Shown here: one piece after another, positions 28,081 to 43,799 of the stretch
Layout: each line of letters begins with the position of its first letter
Position numbering within the stretch: the stretch's first letter is position 1
Source: Octopus vulgaris
Lineage: Eukaryota
NCBI GenBank assembly: GCA_951406725.2
Contig: OX597832.1
Coordinates: 28,706,001 to 28,770,000 of the forward strand
Length of the DNA stretch: 64,000 bases
Direction of reading: 5' to 3'
Made by a program: the position numbers and the translations under genes
The notes under the pieces: model-generated
The model's input: the letters and a program-made list of their open reading frames with translations, nothing else
Databases searched by the model: none
What the model was told of the DNA's origin: nothing

Positions 28081-28166
28081 AGACTGTCAGAATGATGTGG
28101 ACGCCTCTGATGAGATCCCAAGAAGGTACGAAAATCGATTAAGGTTGTTCATCATTTTCTCAGTCT
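28081..28166 (+). ncRNA. Putative minimal type I hammerhead ribozyme
   Basis: CTGATGA 28107-28113, GAAA 28130-28133, palindromic ATCGAT, UUA site at 28139-28141, long interrupted stem I; weak stem II. Confidence 0.6.
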
Positions 28167-28238
28167 GCGGAGAAAGGGCTAAAATTTGCCCTGTTTATAA
28201 TTAGACCATATGTTCCACACACATATATATATATATAT

Positions 28239-28269
<31 letters not shown>

Positions 28270-28356
28270 CACCGGAGTAAACACATAAATGTGAAACAAG
28301 GTGGAAAAAAGAGTACTCAAATACCAGTTGTAGAGTAATATGCTTTATTATTACAG

Positions 28357-28620
28357 GCGATCGACCATAAATCAAGTAACCAACGCTGATAGCATATCCC
28401 GTGAGGGTGTTGAGAATATTCTGCACAATGAACTTGGCATGAAAAAGGCTTCTGCGCGATGGGTGGCAGTTCTTCTTGCACCAGGCTGATCCCATAACAG
28501 AAAGATATCACATTGTTTGAGACCGATCCAGCGGTTCTCTTTGAACGTTTTTTAACCCAAGGTGAGTGTTGAGTTCATCACTTTGAACCAGAGACAATCA
28601 GGCAATTCATGTAGTAGAAA
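28357..28620 (+). pseudogene. Mariner (DD34D-type) transposase fragment
   Basis: Translates TINQVTNADSISREGVENILHNELGMKKASARWVAVLL (WVPxxL motif region) and FERFLTQGEC*VHHFEPETIRQFM**K (decayed TxDExWVHHxxPETKRQS). Confidence 0.9.
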
Positions 28621-28630
28621 TATATACATA

Positions 28631-29019
28631 TCTTTATATATAAAAGTAAGGTTGTGTATCTGTCTCCTACGATTTAGATTCCTAACTACTCCCACATTTT
28701 GCGGTGCAGTTTAACCAAATTCGGGTATCTTATAGTCGTGATTCATATCGAGCCCTTTTGGGTATTAGCGCACGTCTACGATGAGTCTACGATTTAAAAA
28801 AAAATTTACCATCAATTTTTCACATTTTTAATGCATTTTTGACATATATAAGAGAAGTAACTCTCTAAAAATTTATTATTAAATCTCAGAACGTAAAAAG
28901 CTACAGTAACCCCCTTTGTGGTTAGCCATATTGAGATGGCTATTATACTTTACATCCCTAAAAATGCTTATATAGTTATTTCCTTTACAAACCCGAGCAA
29001 CGCCGGGCGATACTGCTAG
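28631..29019 (+). mobile_element. Non-autonomous Helitron (389 bp)
   Basis: Starts TC after host A, ends CTAG before host T, subterminal hairpin CCCGAGCAACGCCGGG, no TSD. Confidence 0.88.
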
Positions 29020-29846
29020 TTTACATATACATATATTAATATGCATATGTATACAATAGGAAATGCATCCATTAGGGTTCACCTAATGGATGCATTTAAG
29101 TATATAATATGAATAAGTATTAATCTATTTCTATGTAATTTCTTTCCTCTCTCTATTGTGGTAAATTTTGGTATATACTCAAAAGTATTCAAAAATTCTA
29201 TCCTTTTGGTTTTAATATTCTTCTTAATAATCTTGATAACCCTCAATTTTAACTTTATACAATATAGCAATATTGTTTAAAGTATTCAACTATAGTACCC
29301 CATGATAAAATTTCCCCTGCATTATCATCATTGGTTTTACTAGAGTCTTGCCCCTTCAATTGATAACTAACATCTTGATTTAAGATTTTCCTCTACCAAA
29401 TCTCATTATATTGCTTCCAATTTATCTTGATAGTTATATGACTATACCCACTATGATTTCTGTCGACTCCCTCAGCCCCTTTCGTAACAGACACTGCTCC
29501 TTGTTCCTTGGCCTTAGATTTTGATATACAAAGACTATAAATTAAAACTGACCCCAAAAAACAGTGACAGGCTAGATCTCTAGCAAGCTTTTTTTACTGA
29601 TACCTTAGTAGCTTCTATGCTGAAGTGAAGACAGCATGATCTCTGTCTATCTCATCACATTCTTGAAGTTATTAGGTAAAATTATACTAATGTGTCCATC
29701 TGTTTTAATCTAATTTAATTCTATGTCTTGATGTAGCTGAAGATTGCTCTGCATTTAAATTGATGTAATGATTGCATTGTTCAATCAAATGGAGTCGCTT
29801 GAAACGATCGTACTGCATTACCTCTGGATATCCTTGTTGCTTATTT

Positions 29847-29896
<50 letters not shown>

Positions 29897-29899
29897 ATG

Positions 29900-29962
<63 letters not shown>

Positions 29963-30751
29963 GGGCAGAGAGACAGACGGCCAGACAGACATACAGAGGG
30001 AGAGAGAGGGGGAACAGAGACAGCTAGAACAAGAGCGAGCGAGGGAGAAAGAAAGAGTGTGGGGATGTGTGGGGGTACGACTGTGTAGAAGAGAGGGGGG
30101 AGGCGGAATTGATTGGAAGCAAAAACAAAAAAAAAAGGAATAAGAGTTAAGGAAGGGCAAAGTAATGAATAAAGATTAAAAGAATGGTGATTGAATGAAT
30201 AAATGAATAAAGAATGAAAGAATGAAAGAATTTCGAATGAATGTCAGAAAGAAGGAAACAGTAAAAAGAAGGAAAGAAATGGAATCGATTAGATATTAAA
30301 AGAAGAAGAAGCAGAACTGGCGAGAGGAGGAAGAGGAGGAGGAGGTAGAATTTTAGTTCAATAATGTTGAATTCTAGATGAGAATCGTTATCTCATTCGC
30401 AGACAGTCGTTTGACAGAAGTGGCAGAAGTAAGTTCTGCTAGTGTAGACTGCTATGAGAATTGCAGGAATATATATATATATTGGAATGGTGGCAGTGGT
30501 GTCGGCGGCGGCGGCGGTGGTGGTGGTGGTGGTGGTGGTGGTGGTGGTGGTGGTGATGTGGGTGGTGGTGGTGGTGATGTGGGTGGTGTCGGTGGTGGTG
30601 TGGGGTGGGGGTGGTGAGAAGGGAGAAGAAGAAGAAGAAGGAGAATGGAATCTGAAGTGAATCGTTAAAGAAATATGATCGATGTGAATTACATAGATTC
30701 AATAATCGGAGCGCAGCGTTTCCATATGTATGCGCATGTCAGCGTGCGCGT

Positions 30752-30820
<69 letters not shown>

Positions 30821-30825
<5 letters not shown>

Positions 30826-31560
30826 ACACATATGAACAGATATACATACACACCCACACACATTCACACACACACACACATACACACACCTATATATTAT
30901 AAACATAAATATATAGATGCGTGCACACATATGAATATACCTGTATAGGTGTGTGTGTGTATGCATGTATGTATTTACAATACAAAGCTACATATATATA
31001 TATACTCACACACACACGTGCACATATAAACAGATATACATACACACCCCCACACACACCCACACACACACACATACATAAATATATATTATAAACATAA
31101 ATATATAGATGCGTGCACACATATGAATATACCTGTATAGGTGTGTGTATGTATGCATGTATGTATATACAATACAAAGCTACATATATATATATATACA
31201 CACACACGTGCACATATAAACAGATATACATACACCCCACACACATTCACACACACACACACATACACACACATATATATTATAAACATAAATATATAGA
31301 TGCGTGCACACATGTGAATATACCTGTATAGGTGTGTGTATGTATGCATGTATGTATATATAATACAAAGCTACATATATATATATATATATACTCACAC
31401 ACACACACACGTGCACATATAAACAGATATACATACACCCACCACACATTCACACACACACACATATATATATACATAAATATATAGATACATACACACA
31501 TGTGAATATACCTGTATAGATGTGTGTATGTATGCATGTATGTATACACAATACAAAGCT
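30821..31560. repeat. Tandem repeat of about 190-200 bp, about 4 copies, built from microsatellite mosaics
   Basis: Anchors AACAGATATACATACAC, GAATATACCTGTATAG and AATACAAAGCT each recur four times. Confidence 0.9.
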
Positions 31561-31593
<33 letters not shown>

Positions 31594-32071
31594 TCACACA
31601 CACACACATATGCACACATACACACACGCACGCACACACACACACATGCACATGAAGGTATGTATAATATTTGTATAAAATTCCGCGCGAGGTGTTTAAT
31701 ATAGGTGATATTAAACGATATTGTACACTCAAAGAGATATAAGTTATACGAAGAATAAAAAAACATCAAACCAGTCAGTTGGGGCTTGTTGATCTTTTTA
31801 ATCTTAACTTTGTGTTCATAATGTTTGACACACACACACACACACAAATACATACGCACACACATACACGCAAATATATACACACACACATACACACATA
31901 TATATGAGAGGCCAAGTCACGTGTCACTTTTCTCTACTGATTTCCTTCACGGTATTGGAATTTTGAGAAGGGATTGGAAATAGCAGTGCTGAGTGAGATG
32001 ATGCAAGTGTGAGGAAGACAGAAATTATAAAGAGAAGTAAGTTACATAGATAAATAGAAGGGTAGGAGTTT

Positions 32072-32136
<65 letters not shown>

Positions 32137-32896
32137 TGTGTTGGGAAGTGAAGTTCTGACTTTTAAATATGTACGCCAAACTGATGAAGCTTTTAATTTG
32201 AAAAAACTCCTCAGCTTCAAGCTAAGGAGACGAGTATTACATCAAAAAGGCAATGGACGAAAAAATAGTACTACAAAACCACAACCACAGATTAAACACA
32301 CACAAATATATATATATAAATGTGTGTGTTTATCCCGTCTCTGGTCCAGTTTAACCCTTTTAATTAGGGATTTTTAGACTATGCTTATAAGGTCCTTGTA
32401 ACTTGCTTGGTACCATTTAGTTCCTAAGATTATTTTATCGACATTCCCTGATTATCTCAGCCTCATCATTAGGATACGATGTTTTGCTGGCTTCTGAATT
32501 GTCTATTTCACACGGGGTTACTTTTATTTAAGCAATCTTTAACGGTTGTATTCCGACAATAAATTCTGTATAAGTTGGTCTGCCATTATTAGAGAAGAAT
32601 CATATACACACACCTATATAAACCTACAGAATAACACACACAAACACACACACACATCCATCCGTCCGTCCGTCCGTCCATCCACCCATCCATCCATTCT
32701 TACATACATGCATACATAGATATATATATATACACACACACACATATATACATACACACATTCATATATGTTTGTGTGTGTATCTATGTGCGTGCGTGTG
32801 TGAGTGAGTGTGTGTATGCATGCACACATGCTGCATTAGACGCCTATTCTAAGAGCCCGTTAATGTTCACATCCCTATGTCCAAATAGGCGCATAC

Positions 32897-32933
<37 letters not shown>

Positions 32934-33937
32934 ACATCCATGTATATTTAGAAACTATGAAAATTAGTATAATTTTTACGAAATAATAACAATTTTCACA
33001 CCATTTTTACTCCATCTATGTTTATGGAGTCTAAAATGTATTTGTTTCGAGTTACTGAAAAAACACTCAAAATTCAGTTAACAAAAAAAAGAGAGAAAAA
33101 AAAACATTGTAAGAAGATAAAACAAATATAAAATACTTCAAAAATTGAACAAAAAGATAACTTAATGCTTTTAGTCAGTAATCCGAATATGTGTGTCTAG
33201 ACATATCCTGCCCTTCCTCTTATTATTGTGAGGGTCAACAACAGATTATAGTTTCAGCTTATTGTATTTTTAGAAATGGCAGAAAGTTAACAAAGAAGGA
33301 AACAAAACCACAAAATGGCGGACAAAGCGAAAGAAAGAAAAAACGTTAACGGTCCCGTAGATTATTTCCTGTCGGCAAAATCCACAAAACAATTAGGTTA
33401 TTTCAATATTTAGTTTAAAGTACAAGATACTCCCTGGTTGCCAGGAATGAGTAACAGATGAGAGAGGAAGAGTAGAGAGGAATCTTGCTAAGGTAAGCAC
33501 CGAGAAACAAAGAATTTAAATAAAAAGAAAAAGAATGCGAAACTAACGTAACACAACGTGAGAAAACAATGGCGAGTGGGGAACATCAAAAAAGAAACCC
33601 GGTTAAATAAGAAGGAGAATAATAAAAAAAAAAGGGATGTTAAAGAACGCACTAAATATCCTTGGTTATGTAAAGAATTCCGGTACTGTTTGAGCGTTGA
33701 GAATATAAGTCATCTTAGTGCTGAAGACGTTAAAAAGATCAGAAGATGGTAAATCCTAGCAACTTCGACGCAACACCTAAATAGAGGAATATACTTTTTT
33801 TTTAGGGATGAGTATTACGGTGAAAAGCCCCTCCCTCTCACACACACACACACACACACGTTACTTCGTCTAAAAATAAATATGCAACAGGAGATAAAAA
33901 GAAATTACATCATCATCATCACCAACACTATCACCTT

Positions 33938-34594
<657 letters not shown>

Positions 34595-34829
34595 TTAGAC
34601 TGCAGAATGCCAACGGAATTGAAGTGTTGTGTAACAACGCATAAAGAGTTAACCGAGTCTATATTTGATGGGCTTTTTTTTTTTTACCTTTTCAGGTTTT
34701 TTTTTGTTTGTTTTTTTCGGAGATAAGCAAAGAATATCGAAAGTTGTTGAGAATTTTTACTAAATATTTCAATAGTCATTTGAAAGTCTTCTTCTGTTGG
34801 GAAACAATGACAACTAGAGAGATATCAAT

Positions 34830-34998
34830 ACCGCCACCACCACCACCACCACCACCTCCACCACCACCACCGTCACTGCCGCCACCGCCACCGCCACCAC
34901 CGCCGCCACCACCACCACCACCGCCACCGCCACCCCACCGCCGCCACCATCAGCATCATCACCGACAACATCACCACCATCATAACTGTCAATTCCCT

Positions 34999-35058
<60 letters not shown>

Positions 35059-35090
35059 CACTACTACTAATACTACAGCCACTACCAACG
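34830..35090. repeat. (CCA/CCG)n followed by (CTA)n
   Basis: Directly visible. Confidence 0.9.
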
Positions 35091-35168
35091 CTTGCCCCAC
35101 CAAAGTAACAACAACAACACCAGCGTCATCACCATCACCACTGTCAATAGCACCAACGACAGCGAAGG

Positions 35169-35229
<61 letters not shown>

Positions 35230-36059
35230 TAGATCAGAAAATAAAAGCAGAAAAATTATTGAAAAACTGAATTAAAGAAAAAAAAAATTGGAAGCAGAAT
35301 TTCGAAGAAGCCCAAGTGAATGTTTGGAGAGATAAAAGGAAAGGTTTTGGCAGATAACAATTCTATGGAGAACATTTTTCTGGCGATGAAACAAAGGGAA
35401 GTAGGCAGTTAAATTTGAATGGATTGAAATTTCATTAACGGTTTACTGTAAACTCGCAACAAAGATAAGCCCGGCTTTTATCCATTATAACGCGCTAATG
35501 TTTTACAGTTTGGAAAAATAATAGGAATAATAATAAAAATTACAGGTATATACATACATACATACATGCATATATATATATATATATATATATCGTAAGA
35601 GATACACACTTGCATGTTATTGTCATAAACACTAGAAACGGTTAGTAGTTGATGCTGAAATTAAATTTATAGAATAAAAGTGATAATTTGGTTCTTCTGT
35701 TAGTAGATGACGTCAAAAAAAAAAAAGGAAGAAAGAAATTCTTCGTTTCCTTTGCATTAAAATGAGGAATTAATTCTCTTCAAATTGGCCGAAACTGCTG
35801 CCTAACCAAACGTTCTGCGGTTGTAATCCATACACCTGATTTCCTCATTTTATGAATCGCGAGTCACGTGCCGTATATAGTAGCTTAACAATATATTACA
35901 GTTAACGGACTTGCTAACTAAGAAGGGTCTATGATGTTTCTATATCTGTTAGAAACAGTAGCTGAGTTTCCCTCATATTGTGTCACACCCATCGAATTAA
36001 AAAATAATAGATGTACTGGTATGGTTACGTAATTTAAAATCTCTCTTCATAAGCACATA

Positions 36060-36340
36060 GTTCCTTGGATGGTAGATTGGGCGACTCCCACGGATATAAT
36101 CAGGCACATCCTAACTGTTGTAGGGCAACACTTTCCACTAGTACACAAGTACAATAAACTCTTTAATGTGTTGAGCAACCACAACTTTGAAAGAAATAAT
36201 ACATATACAACGGCTTTTACCATTATCATCTTTACTCTTTCAGGTCAAGAAAGCGGATGTATGCAACTTCCGTGTCCCGCTTTGTCAACTGAAAGATCGA
36301 AGGTTTTGAATATAGATAACCAAGCTACACCATATTCTAA
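36060..36340 (+). pseudogene. Penelope-like element ORF remnant (RT to GIY-YIG linker)
   Basis: TDIIRHILTVVGQHFPLVHKYNKLFN resembles the TNIG..FL.LIDKHFP..HK..KIFN segment I recall for Penelope-like ORFs; a decayed CNxR...C motif follows in another frame. Confidence 0.55.
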
Positions 36341-37268
36341 ATGAAACTGTAGATTTTGCCTGAGAAGTTCTAGATATCGATGCAGCTAACAATATTTCTC
36401 AACAGAAGGTCCGAGGTAATGTTTAACTGTCGTCATCAGGAGACTTCCTAGAAAATTCGAACATTCAAAGCCATATGGAATACGTTCGTGAAAATCAGAT
36501 TCTATGTTCCAGAAGATGTAATCTCCCTCGTCGATGATTATGAACCTTGACTGGTTTGACAAGTAATCCGGCCAGCTTTATCCTAGTCACTAGCATGCTC
36601 ACCCACCTGACATGTCTCAACCAATAGAAATAGACTTTACATGTGCTCCATTTGTATTTCAAACGAGCCTAAACTTCGAATAAAGATGGAGTGGTTCACC
36701 AACCATTAAGATACAAACTGAGTTGCCGTATAAATTACAGTTTTGTATCTGCTGCGACCATATTTGAATATATTTTAGTCTCATTCTAAAAGCGTCTCAC
36801 TCAAAAGTTTTCTGATTAGAGTGAAAGAACGTGAGTTCAACAGCCATTATTTCTCGCTCGATGGCTTCTTCACCCTCACGTCATAGCACAAATCTCATGA
36901 TATCTCGAGTTTGTTATTCTTGTCTCTAACCAACCAATATTTTATTTAACTCGAAATACTTGGAAAAAGGTTGCTATAATGAACTCGATGGTTATATCAG
37001 TCAAGAATCACACAGTGTAAATATTATTAAATTAAATTAAATTTAGTGTATATAAGCATATTTCGAGATAATTTAGTCTCGCTACGCATTCATTAGCGAC
37101 TTCTACCCTTAGGTAATGTAAACAAGTTATAAACAGAATGACGTTAGATTCAATTACGTACTAACGAGGTATCATGAGAATTTGTGTAGTCCAGTCGAAA
37201 GAGAACAAACTCGTTCTTTCTCTTGCTCTCTCCCGTTCTCTCTCTCTCTCTCACACTCTCTCACCCCC

Positions 37269-37323
<55 letters not shown>

Positions 37324-37339
37324 CACACATAGATGCAGA

Positions 37340-37477
<138 letters not shown>

Positions 37478-38499
37478 ATAAATGTGTGTGTGTATATACA
37501 TGCATATATATGATATATATATATGTACGTGCATTATGTATATATAAATATACACACATACACATAATTATATATATGCGTGTGTGTGTGTGTATGTGTG
37601 TGCAGATGTACGAATATATATAAACATATGTCCATGAGCACGTTTGTGTGTGTGCGTATACACTTACACACACATATATATACGCACCCATACACACATA
37701 TAGTCACAGAGTGGAATGATGTGTTTGATGCAGTAATGCTTGCAACCCTCCTGCTTACAGCTCTCTACCGCTAACGAGCTCTTTCTCACCTGCATAGAGT
37801 CTGTTTCCCGCAGCACGTTTGCCGGGCTTCCCTGTAAGTTCAGACAGTAACTCAGTGTTTAGCGGCCCCTAACTGACTAGTTATATAAGTTCAGGAGAGC
37901 AGTGTGTCTCAGCGACAGGGAAGGTGGACCTACCATGGTGGATAAGTCCTTACATTTATCACTGCACTGCACTGCTGTTTTGTGAATAAGTCCATGAAGA
38001 CAATGGTTAGAGGTGAGGAAGAGACAAAACATTTTCCTTCACAGAGAACAAAGAGTTAAGATGGCGGAAATACGCACGTCTTACGCTGCAAAAGAGATTC
38101 GATGTGCCGTTATGTTTTTATGCTATTAACCTCCAATCTTAGGGATAGCCGTTGTCGTTAGGTCATGCGCACCATCCTTGATGACGTGCTGTCGCTTCCG
38201 TCTTTTCTTGGATTGTGGGACAGTAATATCTGTGATACAGACGGTAGCAATTGCGAACCTCCGTTGCTGCTGCTCTTTAGGATGTAGACTCCTGAAAGGA
38301 TTCACAATTGAAGGATATGACCATCAACATATTTGGTAGTCAAATATAAGCAAGACTCTGTGTGTGTATACGTGTGTGTATGTGTGCGTGTATATTTCTG
38401 GGTGTGTTGTATGTATTTATCAGTAATATAGGGAGCATCATATGAGTATTAACAGGTAGATGTAGGTTGCTGAGGTAAAGTGTATAGATATAAATACTG

Positions 38500-38582
<83 letters not shown>

Positions 38583-38595
38583 GTCTGTCTGTCTA

Positions 38596-38663
<68 letters not shown>

Positions 38664-38665
38664 CC

Positions 38666-38716
<51 letters not shown>

Positions 38717-38982
38717 CATCTATCTATCTATCTCTCTGCTACTATAGATATATAACAATTATATATATATTATCACAATCACATATACACAGATAAAAGT
38801 GTATGTGTGTAAACATATACATACATGCTTATATACAGCGACCATTATACATAGGTACCTAATTACCTACCGACACACATATATACATTATTCATAATGC
38901 ATACGTACATCCATGTATACACACATATATACACACACACACGTACATATATACATGCATATATACATGTGTACATACATAC

Positions 38983-39017
<35 letters not shown>

Positions 39018-39179
39018 TACGCATACGTATATACATACATATTTACATGCCTATATAAGTTGTCAATGAGAAACTCGATCATCAAAAGAGAGGAGATGAA
39101 AGACCAATAATTAACAAATAATTTAGTCGAAATCAATCAAGAGTTTAAAGAGATACGAGAGGACAATCAATAAATGTCA

Positions 39180-39600
39180 CGGAAGTTCCTTTTCTAGAAG
39201 CTTCAGAACCATTCTAGAACAGGAGTTTAACGAGGAGGTAAGAAGTGGAGCGAGGATATTGGAGACCGGTTTCTGTATTGCGGCGAATGTATTACTGGTG
39301 GCACCCAGTGAAAGTGATTGTTGAATAATTGTGCAAAGAAAGGGAGGTATTTTATCGATCTTTAACAGAAGCTCTGAAGGGCTAAACATATCAAACTGAC
39401 CAAAATTGGCCGAAGAAACAGATAAACTGATTTCCCAAAACAACGCCACTCACATGGCGAAACAAAAATAATGAAGCCGGCCAATTGTATGCCGAGGTTT
39501 AAAGTAGAAAATGTTTATAGTCTGAGGCTATTCTTCTTGTGGGAACGCTGGTATGAAGACCTTAGAGACAAATTATGCAAGGCAGAATGAGGTTACTTTC
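39180..39600 (+). mobile_element. Possible highly decayed LINE RT remnant
   Basis: AANVLLVAPSESD resembles (F)ADDxxLxAxSExD and is followed by GLNIS; catalytic aspartates not intact. Confidence 0.3.
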
Positions 39601-40015
39601 AGTCCTTTCTGAAAAGGAGTGGAGGCCCCGTTCTGCATTTCCTATTCAGAAATTCAAGGGTTCCTTCTTTGGTCCCTCTGGACTTTCAGATCGTTATACT
39701 GGTTGAACTTGTGCCCTTCTCACAAGCCTTGATTACAATAGTCATATTATCATCAAATCTAAAAAAAAAAAAAAAAACAGCGAGAAAGAAATGGGTCTGG
39801 TGGAGCGTTAGGTGAATACTTGTGGTGTGAGGTGACAGGTTTAGCTGTAAAAGAGAATCATGATCACAGTCTGGCCGAATTCCAAGATACCATTCGGTTC
39901 TCCGTCCTCTTCGTGGATGCTAAACTGGTCTTTGGCTTTTTCAGTGACCATTAACTGAACCAAAGAGAACCTCATTTGGTTTTCTGCGAAGAAATTAAAT
40001 ATGTGTATAAACAAC

Positions 40016-40053
<38 letters not shown>

Positions 40054-40068
40054 ATAAAATATATAATG

Positions 40069-40108
<40 letters not shown>

Positions 40109-40130
40109 CAACAACAACAACAACAACAAC

Positions 40131-40182
<52 letters not shown>

Positions 40183-40251
40183 TGATGATGAAGGAATTTT
40201 ATTCCAAACTTACAGGGAAAAATTCAATTTAGAAATACTAAATCAAATTTC

Positions 40252-40310
<59 letters not shown>

Positions 40311-40852
40311 ACATTACATGAATGCATAGATGCACACACACACAACACACATATACATAAATACATATTTTACATGCATACATTGATGCGTACGTACGTA
40401 CACGGCGTACATACATATACGTGCATACAGACACATAACTATATACACAGACTTACATACACATATGCAAACGCGTACGCACATATACATATACATACAT
40501 ACACACACACACACACATACACACATATGCATACATACGCACAGGCATAAACTTAAACAAATATAAAACGGAACACTTAGACACATAACTATATACACAG
40601 ACTTACACACACAGACACACACACACACACAAACATCAACACACACACATAAACATCAACACACACACACACACACACACAATTGTCCTTCTCTGTCCCA
40701 AAAGCCTAAAGTAAAAACAAATAAATTCAAATATAAACTCTTTTTATATTTCATAATTTGTTTTCTTTGTGATTTCATAGATTAGACCGAAATTAAATTA
40801 AGGACAAGCCTGTAGCCCTCTAGCAGATGACTATTATACATTCATATGTATG

Positions 40853-40886
<34 letters not shown>

Positions 40887-40990
40887 TGTATGTATGTATA
40901 TCTGTCTGTCTGTCTGTCTGTATGTCTGTCTGTATGTATGTATGTATGTATGTATGTATGTATGTATGTATGTATCTATCTATCTATCTA

Positions 40991-41031
<41 letters not shown>

Positions 41032-41124
41032 CTGTCCGTCTATCTATCTGTCTATTTATCTATCTATCTATCTATCTATCTGTATGTATCTGTCTGTCTA
41101 CATAGGTTGTGTGTGTGTGTATGA

Positions 41125-41272
<148 letters not shown>

Positions 41273-41274
41273 CA

Positions 41275-41343
<69 letters not shown>

Positions 41344-41906
41344 AAACGGTAATGATTCATTTGGTCATAATAATTAATGTTATTCAAGCTGGGGAAGATT
41401 ATTTAGTAACGCTACAACTTTCTTGTATGAAAGTTTCAATATATTTTCAAAATGGCTGATCTCTCTTATCGTCGACCAGACAAATCACAATTGCGAAGGA
41501 AATAAGTGTCCCTCGTTTATTTCCACTGATTGAGTTACCTATCGATATATATTTCTACAAACTTCGATCTACTCTGTGTGTCTGTGTGTTTACGTGTGTG
41601 TATATTTGTGTGTATGTGTGTGTATGTGTGTGTATGAGTGGAAGGGCGATGTTATAGGTACATGTATCGCATCTATGTGTGGGTGAATGTGTGAATCTAT
41701 CTGTGTGTATGTTTATATGAATCTATGTTTGTATGTATTTTAGTATGCATGCGTGTATATAGGTAAATTTGCGTGTATATATATATGCCTATCTATTTAT
41801 ATATGATAGATGACTGAATGTGTATCATTCTAAGTATACGTATACTAACACACACACGCTTACAAGTATATATAGATATATATATATATATATATGAACA
41901 TGTATG

Positions 41907-41947
<41 letters not shown>

Positions 41948-41984
41948 ATATGTATATTTATTTACATACATACATTTTCATTTA

Positions 41985-42100
41985 TTCTTTTATTCTTGTA
42001 TTTGTGTCAGTCATTTGACTGTGGCCATGCTGGAGCGCCGCCGTTAGTCGAACAAATCGACCTTAGGACTTATTCTTTGTAAGCCTTGTACTTATTCTTT
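41985..42100 (-). mobile_element. SINE family A, 3' tail fragment
   Basis: CAGTCATTTGACTGTGGCCATGCTGGAGC...GACTTATTCTTTGTAAGCC matches 27655-27745. Confidence 0.8.
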
Positions 42101-42116
42101 CGACTATATATGCAAA

Positions 42117-42360
42117 GGTACGTGGTTTAGTGGTTAAGGGTGTTGGACTCATGATCGTAAGATTGTGGTTTCGATTCCTGGACCAGGTGATGAGTTGTGT
42201 TCTTGAAAAAACACTTCATTTCACGTTGCTCCAGTCCACTCAGCTGGCAAAAAGGAGTAACGCTATGACGGACCGGCGTCCCATCCAGGTGGGGAATTTA
42301 TAATCCGTGGAAACTGGGAAACCGGCCCTTATGAGCCTCACATGGCTCAAGAAGGAAACT
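42117..42360 (+). mobile_element. SINE, body C + tail Y
   Basis: tRNA-like head, TTTCACGTTGCTCCAGTCCACTCAG, then GACGGACCGG...GGGAAACCGGCCCTTATGAGCC shared with 61741-61836. Confidence 0.82.
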
Positions 42361-42609
42361 TATTCATTCTCATTCATATATATATACATAAATATATAAT
42401 ATATAAATTATATATATATATATATATATATAATTTATATATTATATATGTATATACAGAGAGAGAGAGACACACACACACAGACAGACAGAGAAATAGA
42501 GAGAGAGATATTTATATACTATACATATATCTACAAAATTTTTTATAATATATATAATATATATATATTTATACATATATATTTATATATATGTATATAT
42601 ATATATATG

Positions 42610-42641
<32 letters not shown>

Positions 42642-42848
42642 GATGCATGCATATCATTCATGCAGACACATACATAACACATGTATATATACACACGCGC
42701 ATACAAACACACATGTATATATGCGCATTCATACATATACACACTTACAGGCATAATATGCACTAATACACTATATGACATAGATACATACACACATACA
42801 TAAATATATAGACATGTAACAACATACACATATACATTTAAGAACGTG

Positions 42849-42885
<37 letters not shown>

Positions 42886-43084
42886 GCATACATACACATA
42901 TACACATATAAACACATACGTATATGTGTATGTGTGTGTGTACATATATATATATATATATATATGTATCTATATTTATATACACATACATGCATATACA
43001 TACATACATACATGCATATATATATTCATATATAAATACATAGATATATAATATAAAATACGTATATACACATATAAATGCACA

Positions 43085-43146
<62 letters not shown>

Positions 43147-43648
43147 CATATATACATACCGATATACATACATATATATATATATATATATAGATAGATA
43201 TATACAAACATATCTATACATAAATAAAACTGATAGCATAGAATACACATATAAACTCACAAACACACACACATATGTACATACATATATGCATACCAAT
43301 GTACACACACACATACATACACGCATACAAGCATCCATACATATATAAAGGTGCATCTATATAATTATGGTGCAACTAAGAAAAGCCATGGTTTCGTTTC
43401 TGTCACTTTTTAAAATGGCGTCTGCATTTGCGTGATGATAATTAAAGTTTCTTATAGAGTTCCAGATGTTTCCATCGAGTGCCGGAAGCCGCCTGATCCG
43501 CGTATTGGAATCTAACCAAAGCTGTTTATTGTACTCATATATATTGATACTTTATTAATTATAGATCTGTACTCGGTGGAACCCAGCTGCGTGCGATTGT
43601 GTGTGTGTGTGTGTGTATGAGTGAATGTGTGAGTGTTTGTAGGTGTAC

Positions 43649-43695
<47 letters not shown>

Positions 43696-43799
43696 TCACA
43701 GTTTGTGGCTCTTTACTACATAAGAACGAAACAGAAAAAAAAAATGCAATGCCGTTTCCATTCTAGTCTCAGCCGCCGCAACAACTCAGCCGCCGCGCC

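Noticed and set aside
32181-32215. CTGATGA...GAAA hammerhead-like match
   Set aside because: No stem I, II or III pairing; expected by chance.
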